Source: Ignavibacteriales bacterium (lineage in GTDB: Bacteria > Bacteroidota > Ignavibacteria > UBA10030). Taken from it: 54,167 nucleotides of DNA. This document shows, in pieces, positions 10,986 to 19,644 of this stretch. Location: positions 1 to 54,167 of the forward strand of contig JACQBK010000009.1 in assembly GCA_016194505.1 (NCBI GenBank), given 5' to 3'. Position 1 is the first letter of the stretch, and every line of letters starts with the position of its first letter. The notes beneath the pieces are model-generated. The model did no database searches, had not been told where the DNA came from, and saw only the letters and a list, made by a program, of their open reading frames with translations. Both the position numbers and the translations under genes were made by a program.

Positions 10986-12038
10986 ATGAAAAAAATAAAA
11001 TTAATTGTATTTTTGGCAACGGTAGGACTTGTGTTAGTCTCTTGCCAAAGAAATATAACCGAACCAGTGATTAGTTCAAACCCTGTTAAGCCAACATCGG
11101 CAGATTTATCACTTACAGTGGCATTTACTGTAAATAATGCAGATAGTTTAATAACATTTTCTTGGTCTGCAGCAGATTTTGGCTTTTCTTCTTCTACTTC
11201 TTATGCTGTGCAATTATCACCCAAAAGTGATTTTTCTAGCAATGTAGCTACCCTCTTTACTACTCAGACATTAAAAGGGACAGCAAAAGTAGGTGATATA
11301 AACACCTTAATATTATCCTGGAATTATGCCATTGGGACACCCGTTACCGTTTACTACAGAATCTCCGCATCAGTCACCTCCTCTATAACTGTATATACTG
11401 ATGCCAAATCAAAGAGTTTTACCCCCTACGATGCAGTGATAAACTATCCGATGGCATATGTGCCTGGCGCATATCAGGGTTGGTCTCCAGGGGCCGAAAA
11501 TGGAAGATTGTTTTCCTATGGCTTTAATTCTCAATACAGCGGTATTGTGCGCATTAAAGATGGCACTAATGCTGCGAGTGAATTCAAAATTACTAATGCA
11601 CCAGATTGGAGTCATACAAACTGGGGAGGTACTTTGACAAAATCTGGTAATAATTATTCAGGCACTCTTGACCCATCTGGTGGTAATTTGCAAGTTACTG
11701 CAGGTACTTATGCAATTGTTGTCGATGTATCTGCATTAACGATAACACTAACCAAAACCGATGATTGGGGAGTTATTGGTTCAGCGACCGCTAATGGTTG
11801 GAATTCAAGTACGCCTATGTTTTATAACGGTCAACGCAAAATGTGGGAAATTACAGCTAGCTTTGCTGCAGGTGAATTTAAATTCAGAGCAAACGACGCT
11901 TGGGATCTTAATTATGGCGATAACGGCGCAGATGGTACTCTTGAAGCAGGCGGAGCGAATATAGCTTTATCATCTGCCGGCAACTACACTATTCGGTTTG
12001 ATCCGGTAAAACTGACATATACAGTCAAGAAGAACTAA
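10986..12038 (+). CDS. SusE/SusF-like starch-binding surface lipoprotein
   Basis: Lipobox LVSC, TFSWSAADFG, YVPGAYQGW, GVIGSATANGW, EFKFRANDAWDLNYGD. Confidence 0.88.
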   Translation: MKKIKLIVFLATVGLVLVSCQRNITEPVISSNPVKPTSADLSLTVAFTVNNADSLITFSWSAADFGFSSSTSYAVQLSPKSDFSSNVATLFTTQTLKGTAKVGDINTLILSWNYAIGTPVTVYYRISASVTSSITVYTDAKSKSFTPYDAVINYPMAYVPGAYQGWSPGAENGRLFSYGFNSQYSGIVRIKDGTNAASEFKITNAPDWSHTNWGGTLTKSGNNYSGTLDPSGGNLQVTAGTYAIVVDVSALTITLTKTDDWGVIGSATANGWNSSTPMFYNGQRKMWEITASFAAGEFKFRANDAWDLNYGDNGADGTLEAGGANIALSSAGNYTIRFDPVKLTYTVKKN

Positions 12039-12056
12039 ATGATTTCTTAATCAAGG

Positions 12057-12088
12057 AAGGCTGCCTCAAAAGGGCAGCCTTTTTTTTT
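12057..12088 (+). terminator. Rho-independent terminator of the sus operon
   Basis: AAGGCTGCC-TCAAAAG-GGCAGCCTT followed by a T run. Confidence 0.85.
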
Positions 12089-12128
12089 GCGCCGTGCAGC
12101 ATCAACAGCTTGCAGGTTAGAGTCCTGC

Positions 12129-12199
12129 CCTGCCCGAACGCTAAGCGTTCGGGCAGGCTTGCCCGCCATAAAGCACGGCGGGTAAAAGCTACGGGTGCA
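12129..12199 (-). pseudogene. tRNA-Arg 5' fragment with palindromic insertions
   Basis: AGCTACGGGTGCA (tRNA 5' end) is preceded by the same 25-bp insert as at 12507-12531 and by hairpin CCTGCCCGAACGCT-A-AGCGTTCGGGCAGG. Confidence 0.65.
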
Positions 12200-12265
12200 A
12201 GAAAAGTGAAGATGGATCAGTTAAAGTGCCAGCCGCGATCTTTGTTTTTATTTCTACTTCTTTTG

Positions 12266-12339
12266 TACACCCGGAGGGAGTCGAACCCCCAACCCTCAGC
12301 TCCGAAGGCTGATGCTCTATCCAGTTGAGCTACGGGTGC
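12266..12339 (-). tRNA. tRNA-Arg(UCG)
   Basis: GCACCCG acceptor stem, anticodon arm TCAGC-CTTCGGA-GCTGA, GGTTCGACTCC T-arm. Confidence 0.93.
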
Positions 12340-12380
12340 AGATAGCTTTGTAAGTATTAGGTACGGCTGGTATCAGTTTG

Positions 12381-12543
12381 TGCGCCTGAAGGGAGTCGAA
12401 CCCCCAACCCTCAGCTCCGTAGGCTGATGCTCCCCGCCCGCATGACCGCTTGCGGTCGGGCGGGCCTGCCCGAACAAATGCTTGCATTTGGGCGGGTATC
12501 CAATTGCCCGCTATAAAGCACGGCGGGTAAAAGCTACGGGTGC
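12381..12543 (-). pseudogene. Disrupted tRNA-Arg(ACG) copy with two insertions in the D-arm
   Basis: Removing 12433-12496 and 12507-12531 restores a full-length tRNA-Arg with loop CTACGGA; the acceptor stem has two mismatches. Confidence 0.8.
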
Positions 12544-12553
12544 AGTGAATCAT

Positions 12554-12811
12554 TTAGACTTTTGCAACATTCTCAAGCCATCTTCTCCCGGCTGCGGTTT
12601 TGAAGTACTTCTCGCGCAGTCGCGCTTCACTGAGAGTCTTATGTTGTTCTTGATATTTCAAAACAAATGGAGCGCGAGACTTTGTCGATCTGACCTTTCT
12701 TAAGTTATGCTGAGAGAGCCTTGTTTGGATGTTTTTAGTCAGACCGATATAACGTTTACCATCCACCACGCTTTGAAGTACATATACAGTGAACAGGTTC
12801 TCCTTTTGCAT
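12554..12811 (-). CDS. Small stand-alone GIY-YIG nuclease
   Basis: VYVLQS...RYIGLT, RLSQHN, EARLREKYFK motifs; 85 aa. Confidence 0.9.
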   Translation of the reverse strand: MQKENLFTVYVLQSVVDGKRYIGLTKNIQTRLSQHNLRKVRSTKSRAPFVLKYQEQHKTLSEARLREKYFKTAAGRRWLENVAKV

Positions 12812-12852
12812 TAAGTGATAGTTTTTTTGTGCCCCTAAGAAGCCTTTGCTTG

Positions 12853-12926
12853 TGCGCCCGGAGGGAGTCGAACCCCCAACCTACAGCTCCGTAGGCTGCC
12901 GCTCTATCCAATTGAGCTACGGGCGC
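12853..12926 (-). tRNA. tRNA-Arg(ACG)
   Basis: GCGCCCG/CGGGCGC acceptor stem, GCAGC-CTACGGA-GCTGT anticodon arm. Confidence 0.95.
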
Positions 12927-12968
12927 AAAAAAATTTTTACTTGTAATTTAACAATCCGCAATTTCACG

Positions 12969-13071
12969 TAGCCCTAATGGGAATCCTTGTTCCTGCCTGC
13001 GGCAGGCGCCTCTGGAGGAGAACAAATATTTATTTTACCGGGCTTGTTCCCGCCTCGCTCCGCTCGGCGGG
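12969..13071 (-). repeat. tRNA-Glu 3' fragment joined to nested hairpins
   Basis: TAGCCCTAATGGGAATC (12969-12985) matches 13124-13140 with one mismatch, then CCTGCC-TGC-GGCAGG and CCCGCC..GGCGGG hairpins. Confidence 0.6.
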
Positions 13072-13123
13072 ATGCTCAAAATCGTAACCACTCACAAACA
13101 ACGTTCATGGACGATTTTGGCAG

Positions 13124-13196
13124 TAGCCCTAACGGGAATCGAACCCGTATTTCAGCCTTGAGAGGGCTACGTCCTAAACCGTTAGACGATAGGGCC
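13124..13196 (-). tRNA. tRNA-Glu(CUC)
   Basis: GGCCCTA acceptor, TAGCC-CTCTCAA-GGCTG anticodon arm, GGTTCGATTCC. Confidence 0.94.
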
Positions 13197-13241
13197 AAAT
13201 ATTTACTATGTTCTAAGTCGTAAGATTATTGGCGAACCTTA

Positions 13242-13304
13242 CGAACCCGTAATTTCCCGCTCGCACTTCGAGCGGGACGTCCTAAACCGTTAGACGATAG
13301 GGCC
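13242..13304 (-). pseudogene. Truncated tRNA-Glu copy with the anticodon arm replaced by a hairpin
   Basis: ACGTCCTAAACCGTTAGACGATAGGGCC is identical to the intact gene; CCCGCTCG-CACTT-CGAGCGGG sits where the anticodon arm should be; the 3' acceptor strand is absent. Confidence 0.7.
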
Positions 13305-13370
13305 AAGGAAAACCTTGCGAATTTTCAATTGACAATTTCGAATTGAAAAAGATTCAATTCCGCAATTTTG

Positions 13371-13446
13371 TGGCTGCCCCGTCAGGGGTCGAACCTGAAC
13401 TCTTCTGATCCAGAGTCAGACGTGTTGCCAGTTACACCACGGGGCA
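13371..13446 (-). tRNA. tRNA-Gln(CUG)
   Basis: TGCCCCG acceptor, TCTGA-CTCTGGA-TCAGA anticodon arm, encoded CCA. Confidence 0.95.
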
Positions 13447-13629
13447 ATGGTTACAAGTATAATGTAGAAAAAAAAGGCAAACTTTACAATGAGAATTATA
13501 AGGTTAAAGCTTTTCATACATCAGAGATTGTATTTTTTTATGCCGCTTTTGTCCAACAGCTTGCGTGTAGTTTCATTCATAACGAACGAAATCCCCTGCA
13601 ATCACAACACCCGCCCCTCATCCCTTATC

Positions 13630-13658
13630 TTGACTTTAGCCTCATTTTTTGGTATTAT
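13630..13658 (+). promoter_or_regulatory. sigma70-type promoter upstream of psd
   Basis: TTGACT-N17-TATTAT. Confidence 0.55.
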
Positions 13659-13864
13659 TTTATGATTTTTGTGTAAAAATTATTGTTTTTTGCAGAAAGC
13701 GTTAGCGAAAGACCAAATCTTGGTTCAATTAATTGCGGCAACATATCCTGCCTCTTCCTCAACACTTTGAAGGCTGCTTGTTCTCACTCATATCATAAGG
13801 AAGCAATGAATCGAGCGCTTGAACCGGAATCGGTTGTTTTTGACGTTTTGCCTCGAACGCAGAT

Positions 13865-14515
13865 ATGATTACACGATATGGTTATGATGTTTTTTTTACA
13901 ATTGCCGCCGTTTGTTTGATAGCGATTGTCATAGCGTTTTTTTTTATTGAGCCAAAGGTTTTTAAATTTAGCGTTATTACTGTTTCACTTGTTCTGTTAG
14001 GGTTTACGCTCAATTTTTTTCGTGATCCGAACCGTTCCACGCCAGGGGGGGGCAATTTGGTTATTTCTCCTGCCGATGGCAAGGTAATTGTGGTAAAAAA
14101 AATGCAGGAAGGGGAATATTTCCATTCGGAGGTCACTCAGATTAGTATTTTTATGTCTCCTCTGAATGTTCATGTAAATCGGAATCCTATCTCCGGCACA
14201 GTGCAGTATTTGCGCTATGTACAAGGGGAATATTTCGCCGCATTCGAGGACAAGGCATCGGAAAAAAACGAGCAGATGATTATCGGTATTGAAGGCGAAC
14301 AGGGAAAAGTGCTGTTTAAGCAGATTGCCGGATTTGTCGCTCGCAGAATTGTTTGTACATTGCATGTCGGCGATACCGTTAGAACGGGTGAGCGGTTTGG
14401 CATGATAAAATTTGGTTCTCGTGTAGATGTTTTTATTCCGACCGATGCGGCAATTCGGGTAAATGTGGGAGATGTTGCTGTTGGAGGAGAAACGGTGCTG
14501 GCGGAGTTTCATTAA
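13865..14515 (+). CDS. psd: Phosphatidylserine decarboxylase proenzyme (short type)
   Basis: FFRDP, SPADGKV, SIFMSPLNVHVNR, GMIKFGSRVD autocleavage site. Confidence 0.93.
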   Translation: MITRYGYDVFFTIAAVCLIAIVIAFFFIEPKVFKFSVITVSLVLLGFTLNFFRDPNRSTPGGGNLVISPADGKVIVVKKMQEGEYFHSEVTQISIFMSPLNVHVNRNPISGTVQYLRYVQGEYFAAFEDKASEKNEQMIIGIEGEQGKVLFKQIAGFVARRIVCTLHVGDTVRTGERFGMIKFGSRVDVFIPTDAAIRVNVGDVAVGGETVLAEFH

Positions 14516-14536
14516 CTCTCATGGAGCATTAAGCCT

Positions 14537-15301
14537 ATGAAAATTACTCGTGCCGTTGTCCCAAGTTTGTTCACTGTTCTTAACATGTTCTGCGGCTTTC
14601 TCGCTATTCTGAATGCGAGCAAGGGCCAGATCGAAATGGGGGCGTGGTTCATTATTCTGGCAGGTGTATTCGATTCGCTCGATGGCGTCATGGCGAGAAT
14701 TACCCGTTCATCGAGCCAATTTGGCGTTGAATTTGATTCTTTGGCTGATGTCGTGTCGTTTGGCGCGGCGCCGTCATTTTTGGCATTTCAAGCGCATCTT
14801 CATACATTGGAAAATTTCGGTGTCATTGTCAGTGCAATGCCGCTGATATTTGGCGCGATTCGGCTGGCGCGGTTCAATGTGCAGCTTGTCGGTTTTGAAA
14901 AAGATTATTTCAGAGGATTGCCGATTCCATCGGCGGCGATCACGATATGCGCATTCCTTCTTCAGTATAACACGGAGCGTCTGGGCCTTTCCGGTTGGGC
15001 GGCTAACGGACTTGTCGTTCTCGTGATCGGCGTTTCGCTCTTAATGGTCAGTAAAGTTCGTTACGATACGTTGCCGAAGTTCACCCGACGGGGAATTCGA
15101 GCGCATCCGTGGAGGGCGATTTCGTTTGCGGTTGCCGCGGCAATCGTGCTGATTTCCAAAGGCACGTATCTCTTTGCCGTTATGGTTACGTTTATCGTGT
15201 TTGGTATTCTTCGCTCCGTCTATGATTGGATGCGGCATGTACTGAACCATGTCGGGAAAGAAACGGAAGAAGAAGGTGAAATTTCAAGTATTGATGTGTA
15301 A
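14537..15301 (+). CDS. pssA: CDP-diacylglycerol--serine O-phosphatidyltransferase
   Basis: DSLDGVMAR...FGVEFDSLADVVSFGAAP CDP-alcohol motif, RLARFN, FRGLPIP. Confidence 0.93.
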   Translation: MKITRAVVPSLFTVLNMFCGFLAILNASKGQIEMGAWFIILAGVFDSLDGVMARITRSSSQFGVEFDSLADVVSFGAAPSFLAFQAHLHTLENFGVIVSAMPLIFGAIRLARFNVQLVGFEKDYFRGLPIPSAAITICAFLLQYNTERLGLSGWAANGLVVLVIGVSLLMVSKVRYDTLPKFTRRGIRAHPWRAISFAVAAAIVLISKGTYLFAVMVTFIVFGILRSVYDWMRHVLNHVGKETEEEGEISSIDV

Positions 15302-15321
15302 ACTATAAAACGGAGAACTCG

Positions 15322-15576
15322 TTGTTTCACTCGAAAATCATCATAACCTTGCGTAAATCCATTCTCGACCCACAGGGGAAAGCCGTTGAGCATGGCACGC
15401 ATTCCTTGGGCTACAATGCGGTCAAGAACGTTCGCATCGGAAAATTTGTTGAATTAAACGTAGAGACGGAAAGCAAAGAAGAAGCGGAGCGAATCACAAA
15501 AGAAGTCTCCGAAAAGCTCCTTGCCAATCCCATTATGGAAGATTGTTCGTTTACTGTCGAAAAAGCATCCCGTTAA
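15322..15576 (+). CDS. purS: FGAM synthase subunit PurS
   Basis: ILDPQGKAV, VRIGK, LLANPIME. Confidence 0.92.
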   Translation: MFHSKIIITLRKSILDPQGKAVEHGTHSLGYNAVKNVRIGKFVELNVETESKEEAERITKEVSEKLLANPIMEDCSFTVEKASR

Positions 15577-15593
15577 ATTTGTAACGCACGCTC

Positions 15594-16238
15594 ATGTCTA
15601 AAGTGAAATTCGGTATCGTTGTGTTTCCCGGCTCCAATCGTGAAAGCGATGCTCGCCACATGGCTGAGGATATCCTTGGTCAGCAAGCGCGCATGATCTG
15701 GCACAAGGACTCCTCGTTGGGAGATGTTGATGTCGTAATTTTGCCAGGCGGATTTTCTTACGGCGATTATTTGAGATGCGGCGCCATCGCCAAATTTTCA
15801 ATATTGACTGAAGCGGGGTTACTGCCGGGCGTGTTATTACGGAATAGCTCTTTGAAATTCGTCTGCAAGTTCATTCACTTGCGCGTTGAAAATGCCGAAA
15901 CGCGATTTACATCAAAGTACGCGAAGGGTGATGTTCTGGAAATTCCCGTTGCCCATGGCGATGGCAACTACTTTACGGATGCCGATACGTTGAAGCGTTT
16001 GGATGATAACAACCAAGTTGTGTTTCGATACTGCGAGCCTTCGGGAGAATTGACAGCATCCTCCAACCCAAATGGCTCCATCTCAAATATTGCCGGCATT
16101 ATCAATGAGCGGGGCAATGTGTTCGGACTAATGCCTCACCCGGAGGATGCAGTTGATCCTGTGTTGGGTCACACAGACGGCAGAAAATTATTTGACTCGA
16201 TTGTAGAAAACGTTATTCATCAATTACAACCTGCATAA
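15594..16238 (+). CDS. purQ: PurQ glutaminase subunit lacking its catalytic Cys segment (probably inactive)
   Basis: VVFPGSN, LPGGFSYGDYLR, AHGDGNY, NPNGS and MPHPE are present; the GICNGFQ segment is absent. Confidence 0.85.
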   Translation: MSKVKFGIVVFPGSNRESDARHMAEDILGQQARMIWHKDSSLGDVDVVILPGGFSYGDYLRCGAIAKFSILTEAGLLPGVLLRNSSLKFVCKFIHLRVENAETRFTSKYAKGDVLEIPVAHGDGNYFTDADTLKRLDDNNQVVFRYCEPSGELTASSNPNGSISNIAGIINERGNVFGLMPHPEDAVDPVLGHTDGRKLFDSIVENVIHQLQPA

Positions 16239-16284
16239 TTTGTTTGACCGAAGAGGTTTTTCGGGGAAAGGATAGTAGGGAACT

Positions 16285-16482
16285 ATGGGCAATCTTGGAG
16301 CTCCTGAAATAATACTTGTTCTTGTTGTCATTTTGATATTCTTTGGCGCAAAGAAAATTCCTGAGTTAGCACAGGGATTAGGCAAAGGCTTGCGGGAGTT
16401 CCGCAAGGCGGCGCGTGACATTCAAGAAGATGTCGAAAAAGAAGTAAAACAAATAGACGACAACAAAGAGCAGAAGAAGTAA
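16285..16482 (+). CDS. tatA: Twin-arginine translocase TatA/E
   Basis: TM helix, then [23 protein letters not shown]. Confidence 0.93.
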   Translation: MGNLGAPEIILVLVVILIFFGAKKIPELAQGLGKGLREFRKAARDIQEDVEKEVKQIDDNKEQKK

Positions 16483-16659
16483 TTTTTTTTTGTTCTCATT
16501 ACTTTTTGATGGAAGGCGGCGGTGAAACAATCGACTTCCAATAGTAATGTTCTCGCAACCGCAACGTATCCTTATTACGGTAAGGTCTCATTCCACCTCT
16601 TTACATCTTTCAGTGTTTCAAAGATTCTAACGTGGATATTAAGGTAATGCCGCAGCCGG

Positions 16660-18072
16660 ATGAAAACATTTGATTCGATTCGTGCAGAATTAGATTCGGG
16701 AAAAACTTCCTGCGAAAAAATTACGCAAGAATATCTGGGCGTGATTGAACAAGGCAAGAGGCTTAACGCCTTTCTTGCTGTCTTCCCGGAACAATCTCTT
16801 GAGCAAGCCCGTACTGTGGATAAGAAACGTTCTGCAGGAACAGCGGGCCCGTTGGCGGGAATGGTTGTTTCCATCAAAGACGTTATCTGTGTGAAGGATG
16901 CACGGGTAACGTGCGGCTCGAAGATTCTTGAACATTTTGTTTCGCCGTACGATGCAACGGTGGTAAGCCGCTTGAAACAAGCCGATGCGGTCATTATCGG
17001 CAAAACGAATATGGATGAGTTCGCAATGGGTTCGTCCACCGAGAACTCCGCGTATGGTCGCGTTAAACTGCCGCAGGACGAATCCCGCGTGCCCGGCGGA
17101 TCGAGCGGCGGTTCGGCGGTTGCGGTTCGAGCCGGCATGTCCACCACTGCGCTTGGTTCGGATACGGGCGGCTCCATTCGTCAGCCCGCATCGTTTACCG
17201 GCGTTGTGGGTTTGAAGCCGACGTACGGTCGCGTTTCCCGTTACGGCTTGGTTGCGTTTGCCTCTTCATTTGATGCAATTGGTCCCCTTGCTTTATCAAC
17301 AAAAGATGCGGCAAGAGTGCTCGGTGTTATTGCGGGGCATGATGAGCATGATTCTACTTCCGCAGAAGTGCCTGTGCCAAATTATCTTGGCGCATTGACA
17401 AAGGATGTGAAAGGATTGAGGGTAGGCATCCCGAAAGAATATTTTGGCTCAGGACTGGAAGCCGAAGTACGCGATGCGGTAGAAAAAAAGATTGATGTCT
17501 TGAGGAAGCACGGAGCGATCATTCAAGAAGTTTCCCTTCCTCACAGTGAATATACCATTGCGACTTATTACATTCTCGCAACGGCTGAAGCTTCTTCCAA
17601 TCTCGCCCGCTACGACGGCGCGCGGTACGGGTACCGAGCCAAAGGCGCAAACGATTTGATGGAAATGTATGTTCAATCGCGAAGTCAAGGATTTGGCGCA
17701 GAGGTGAAGCGCAGGATTATGCTTGGAACATACGTTCTTTCCTCGGGATATTACGACGCATACTACCGTAAGGGGCAAAAAGTCCGGCGGCTTATTCAGG
17801 ATGATTTCATCAGCGCGTTCAAAAATGTGGATTGTCTCATAACGCCGACTTCGCCAAGCACATCGTTCAAGGCGGGTGAAAAAGTTGACGATCCTTTACA
17901 AATGTATTTATCAGATATTTTTACCACTTCTGCAAATCTTGCGGGTATTCCCGGTATCAGCATCCCTTGCGGAAATGACCGCCAGGGATTGCCGATCGGC
18001 TTGCAGATTTTAGGTAAACATTTTGACGAGGCAACGATTTTCCGCGTTGCGGATTTTTTGGAAACTACTTGA
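16660..18072 (+). CDS. gatA: Glu/Asp-tRNA amidotransferase subunit A
   Basis: GKTNMDEFAMGSSTE, PGGSSGGS, GSDTGGSIRQPA, SSNLARYDG, EVKRRIMLGT. Confidence 0.96.
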   Translation: MKTFDSIRAELDSGKTSCEKITQEYLGVIEQGKRLNAFLAVFPEQSLEQARTVDKKRSAGTAGPLAGMVVSIKDVICVKDARVTCGSKILEHFVSPYDATVVSRLKQADAVIIGKTNMDEFAMGSSTENSAYGRVKLPQDESRVPGGSSGGSAVAVRAGMSTTALGSDTGGSIRQPASFTGVVGLKPTYGRVSRYGLVAFASSFDAIGPLALSTKDAARVLGVIAGHDEHDSTSAEVPVPNYLGALTKDVKGLRVGIPKEYFGSGLEAEVRDAVEKKIDVLRKHGAIIQEVSLPHSEYTIATYYILATAEASSNLARYDGARYGYRAKGANDLMEMYVQSRSQGFGAEVKRRIMLGTYVLSSGYYDAYYRKGQKVRRLIQDDFISAFKNVDCLITPTSPSTSFKAGEKVDDPLQMYLSDIFTTSANLAGIPGISIPCGNDRQGLPIGLQILGKHFDEATIFRVADFLETT

Positions 18073-18260
18073 GACCTCTGAAAAATTAAATTTACTATCA
18101 CGGTGAGCACCCGACGGTTCCGTTTTTCGGAATCTCCCGCTTCTCAGGATTCCGTTCAAAGAGCGGGATTCAAAGAACGGAACCGTACAGCCTGCCTGCC
18201 GCAGGCATGGCGGGACAGGCGGGCGTTCGGGGTGACTAAACGTAGAATATTTCAGAGGTC
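18073..18260. mobile_element. MITE-like element with terminal inverted repeats and nested hairpins
   Basis: AGACCTCTGAAA...TTTCAGAGGTCT ends; the core CTCCCGCT..GGATTCCGTTCA..GCGGGATT.CAAAGAACGGAACCGTACA is shared with 24910-25060. Confidence 0.65.
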
Positions 18261-18400
18261 TTTCCTTCTTAATTTAATATATCAACTTTAACTCTAATAT
18301 TGTACCTTTATATCATATTCAATTAAGAGCAAACATGGACAGTGGCAGCATCTAAAAATCTGTACTTTTAAAAATGGAGTCAATATTTTTTTAATTTTGC

Positions 18401-18440
18401 ATTCCTGCGCGACAGGAAAAATTCCTGCGGGACAGGAAAA
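18401..18440. repeat. Tandem 20-bp hairpin duplication
   Basis: ATTCCTGCG(C/G)GACAGGAAAA twice. Confidence 0.8.
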
Positions 18441-18525
18441 TTGGTCAATAATAAATTAAGATACGTCTTTATTTTGCACAAAAACTTAGAAACTAAAATT
18501 CTCAACTCGTAACTTCTAACTTCTT

Positions 18526-19563
18526 ATGAGCATACTTGTAGATAGAAACACTCGACTCGTGGTGCAGGGCATCACCGGCGGCGAGGGGACATTCCACACC
18601 AAACAAATGATCGAATACGGAACCAATGTCGTTGCGGGCGTTACTCCCGGCAAGGGCGGCACGATGTATAGCGGCAACGAAAAAGATCAATTTAAAAAAC
18701 CGGTATCGGTGTATAATACGGTTGCCGAAGCGGTCGCAAAAGAAAAAGCGAATGTGTCCGTCATATTTGTCCCGGCGGGCTTTGCAGCGGATGCGATTAT
18801 GGAAGCGGCTGACGCGAGAGTAAAGCTGATTGTGACCATTACCGAGGGCATTCCGGCTAACGATATGGTGAAGGTCTATGAGTATCTAAAAGTAAAGGGT
18901 GTGAGGATGATCGGTCCCAATTGCCCGGGCATTATTACTCCGGGTGAGTGTAAGGTCGGCATCATGCCCGGATTCATCCATAAGGCTGGCCACGTAGGGC
19001 TTATTTCCCGCAGCGGCACGTTGACATACGAAGCAGTGTGGCAACTGACGGAACGAGGCATCGGTCAATCTACGTGTATCGGTATTGGCGGCGACCCCGT
19101 TATCGGGACTCGCTTCATTGATGCTGTAAAATTATTCAACGAAGATCCCGATACTCATGCCATTATTATGATCGGTGAGATCGGCGGCACAGCCGAGGAA
19201 GAAGCCGCAGAATATATTAAAAAGCATGTTAAGAAGCCCGTCGTTGGATTTATTGCCGGGCAAACTGCTCCTCCGGGAAGACGCATGGGGCATGCCGGAG
19301 CAATCATTTCCGGTGGCAAAGGTACCGCCGCGGAAAAATTTGAGGCATTCCGCGAAGCGGGCATTCACGTTGTCGAAAGCCCGGCGTTGATAGGCGAAAC
19401 GTTAGAGCGTGTTTTAAAAACAAGTAAAAATGTCCGCCAGAGGCGGATCAGCCTTCGGCTGAGAAAAAGGAAAACGGTTAAGGCAAAAAAAACCGTAAAG
19501 AAGGTTGTCAAGAAAGCCAATACCAAGAAACCGATTGCTCGAAAAAAGTCCAAGAAGCGGTAA
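18526..19563 (+). CDS. sucD: Succinyl-CoA synthetase alpha subunit with Lys-rich tail
   Basis: [38 protein letters not shown]. Confidence 0.96.
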   Translation: MSILVDRNTRLVVQGITGGEGTFHTKQMIEYGTNVVAGVTPGKGGTMYSGNEKDQFKKPVSVYNTVAEAVAKEKANVSVIFVPAGFAADAIMEAADARVKLIVTITEGIPANDMVKVYEYLKVKGVRMIGPNCPGIITPGECKVGIMPGFIHKAGHVGLISRSGTLTYEAVWQLTERGIGQSTCIGIGGDPVIGTRFIDAVKLFNEDPDTHAIIMIGEIGGTAEEEAAEYIKKHVKKPVVGFIAGQTAPPGRRMGHAGAIISGGKGTAAEKFEAFREAGIHVVESPALIGETLERVLKTSKNVRQRRISLRLRKRKTVKAKKTVKKVVKKANTKKPIARKKSKKR

Positions 19564-19644
19564 TGGGTCAGTCATCGGTTTCAAACATCACAGCGGACAA
19601 ACGTGTGTCTCTTACCTAATCTTGTAATGAAGGAATAATCAGAT

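Noticed and set aside
12112-12128. GCAGGTTAGAGTCCTGC as a tRNA T-arm
   Set aside because: No cloverleaf context and the TTC is missing; better explained as an intron-like remnant
12554-13446. Integrated prophage or ICE at the tRNA genes
   Set aside because: No integrase or cargo, and the duplicated pieces include 5' tRNA halves, unlike a standard attL/attR pair
12110-13676. Short plus- and minus-strand ORFs across the tRNA region (other than the GIY-YIG)
   Set aside because: They are translations of tRNA genes and hairpins with no protein-like features
13660-13864. Long leader before psd as a riboswitch or sRNA
   Set aside because: No recognisable conserved motif by eye; an Rfam/Infernal scan would be needed
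18103-18291. 62-aa ORF after gatA (also 24892-25074 and 27852-28049)
   Set aside because: These ORFs lie largely within non-coding repeat elements
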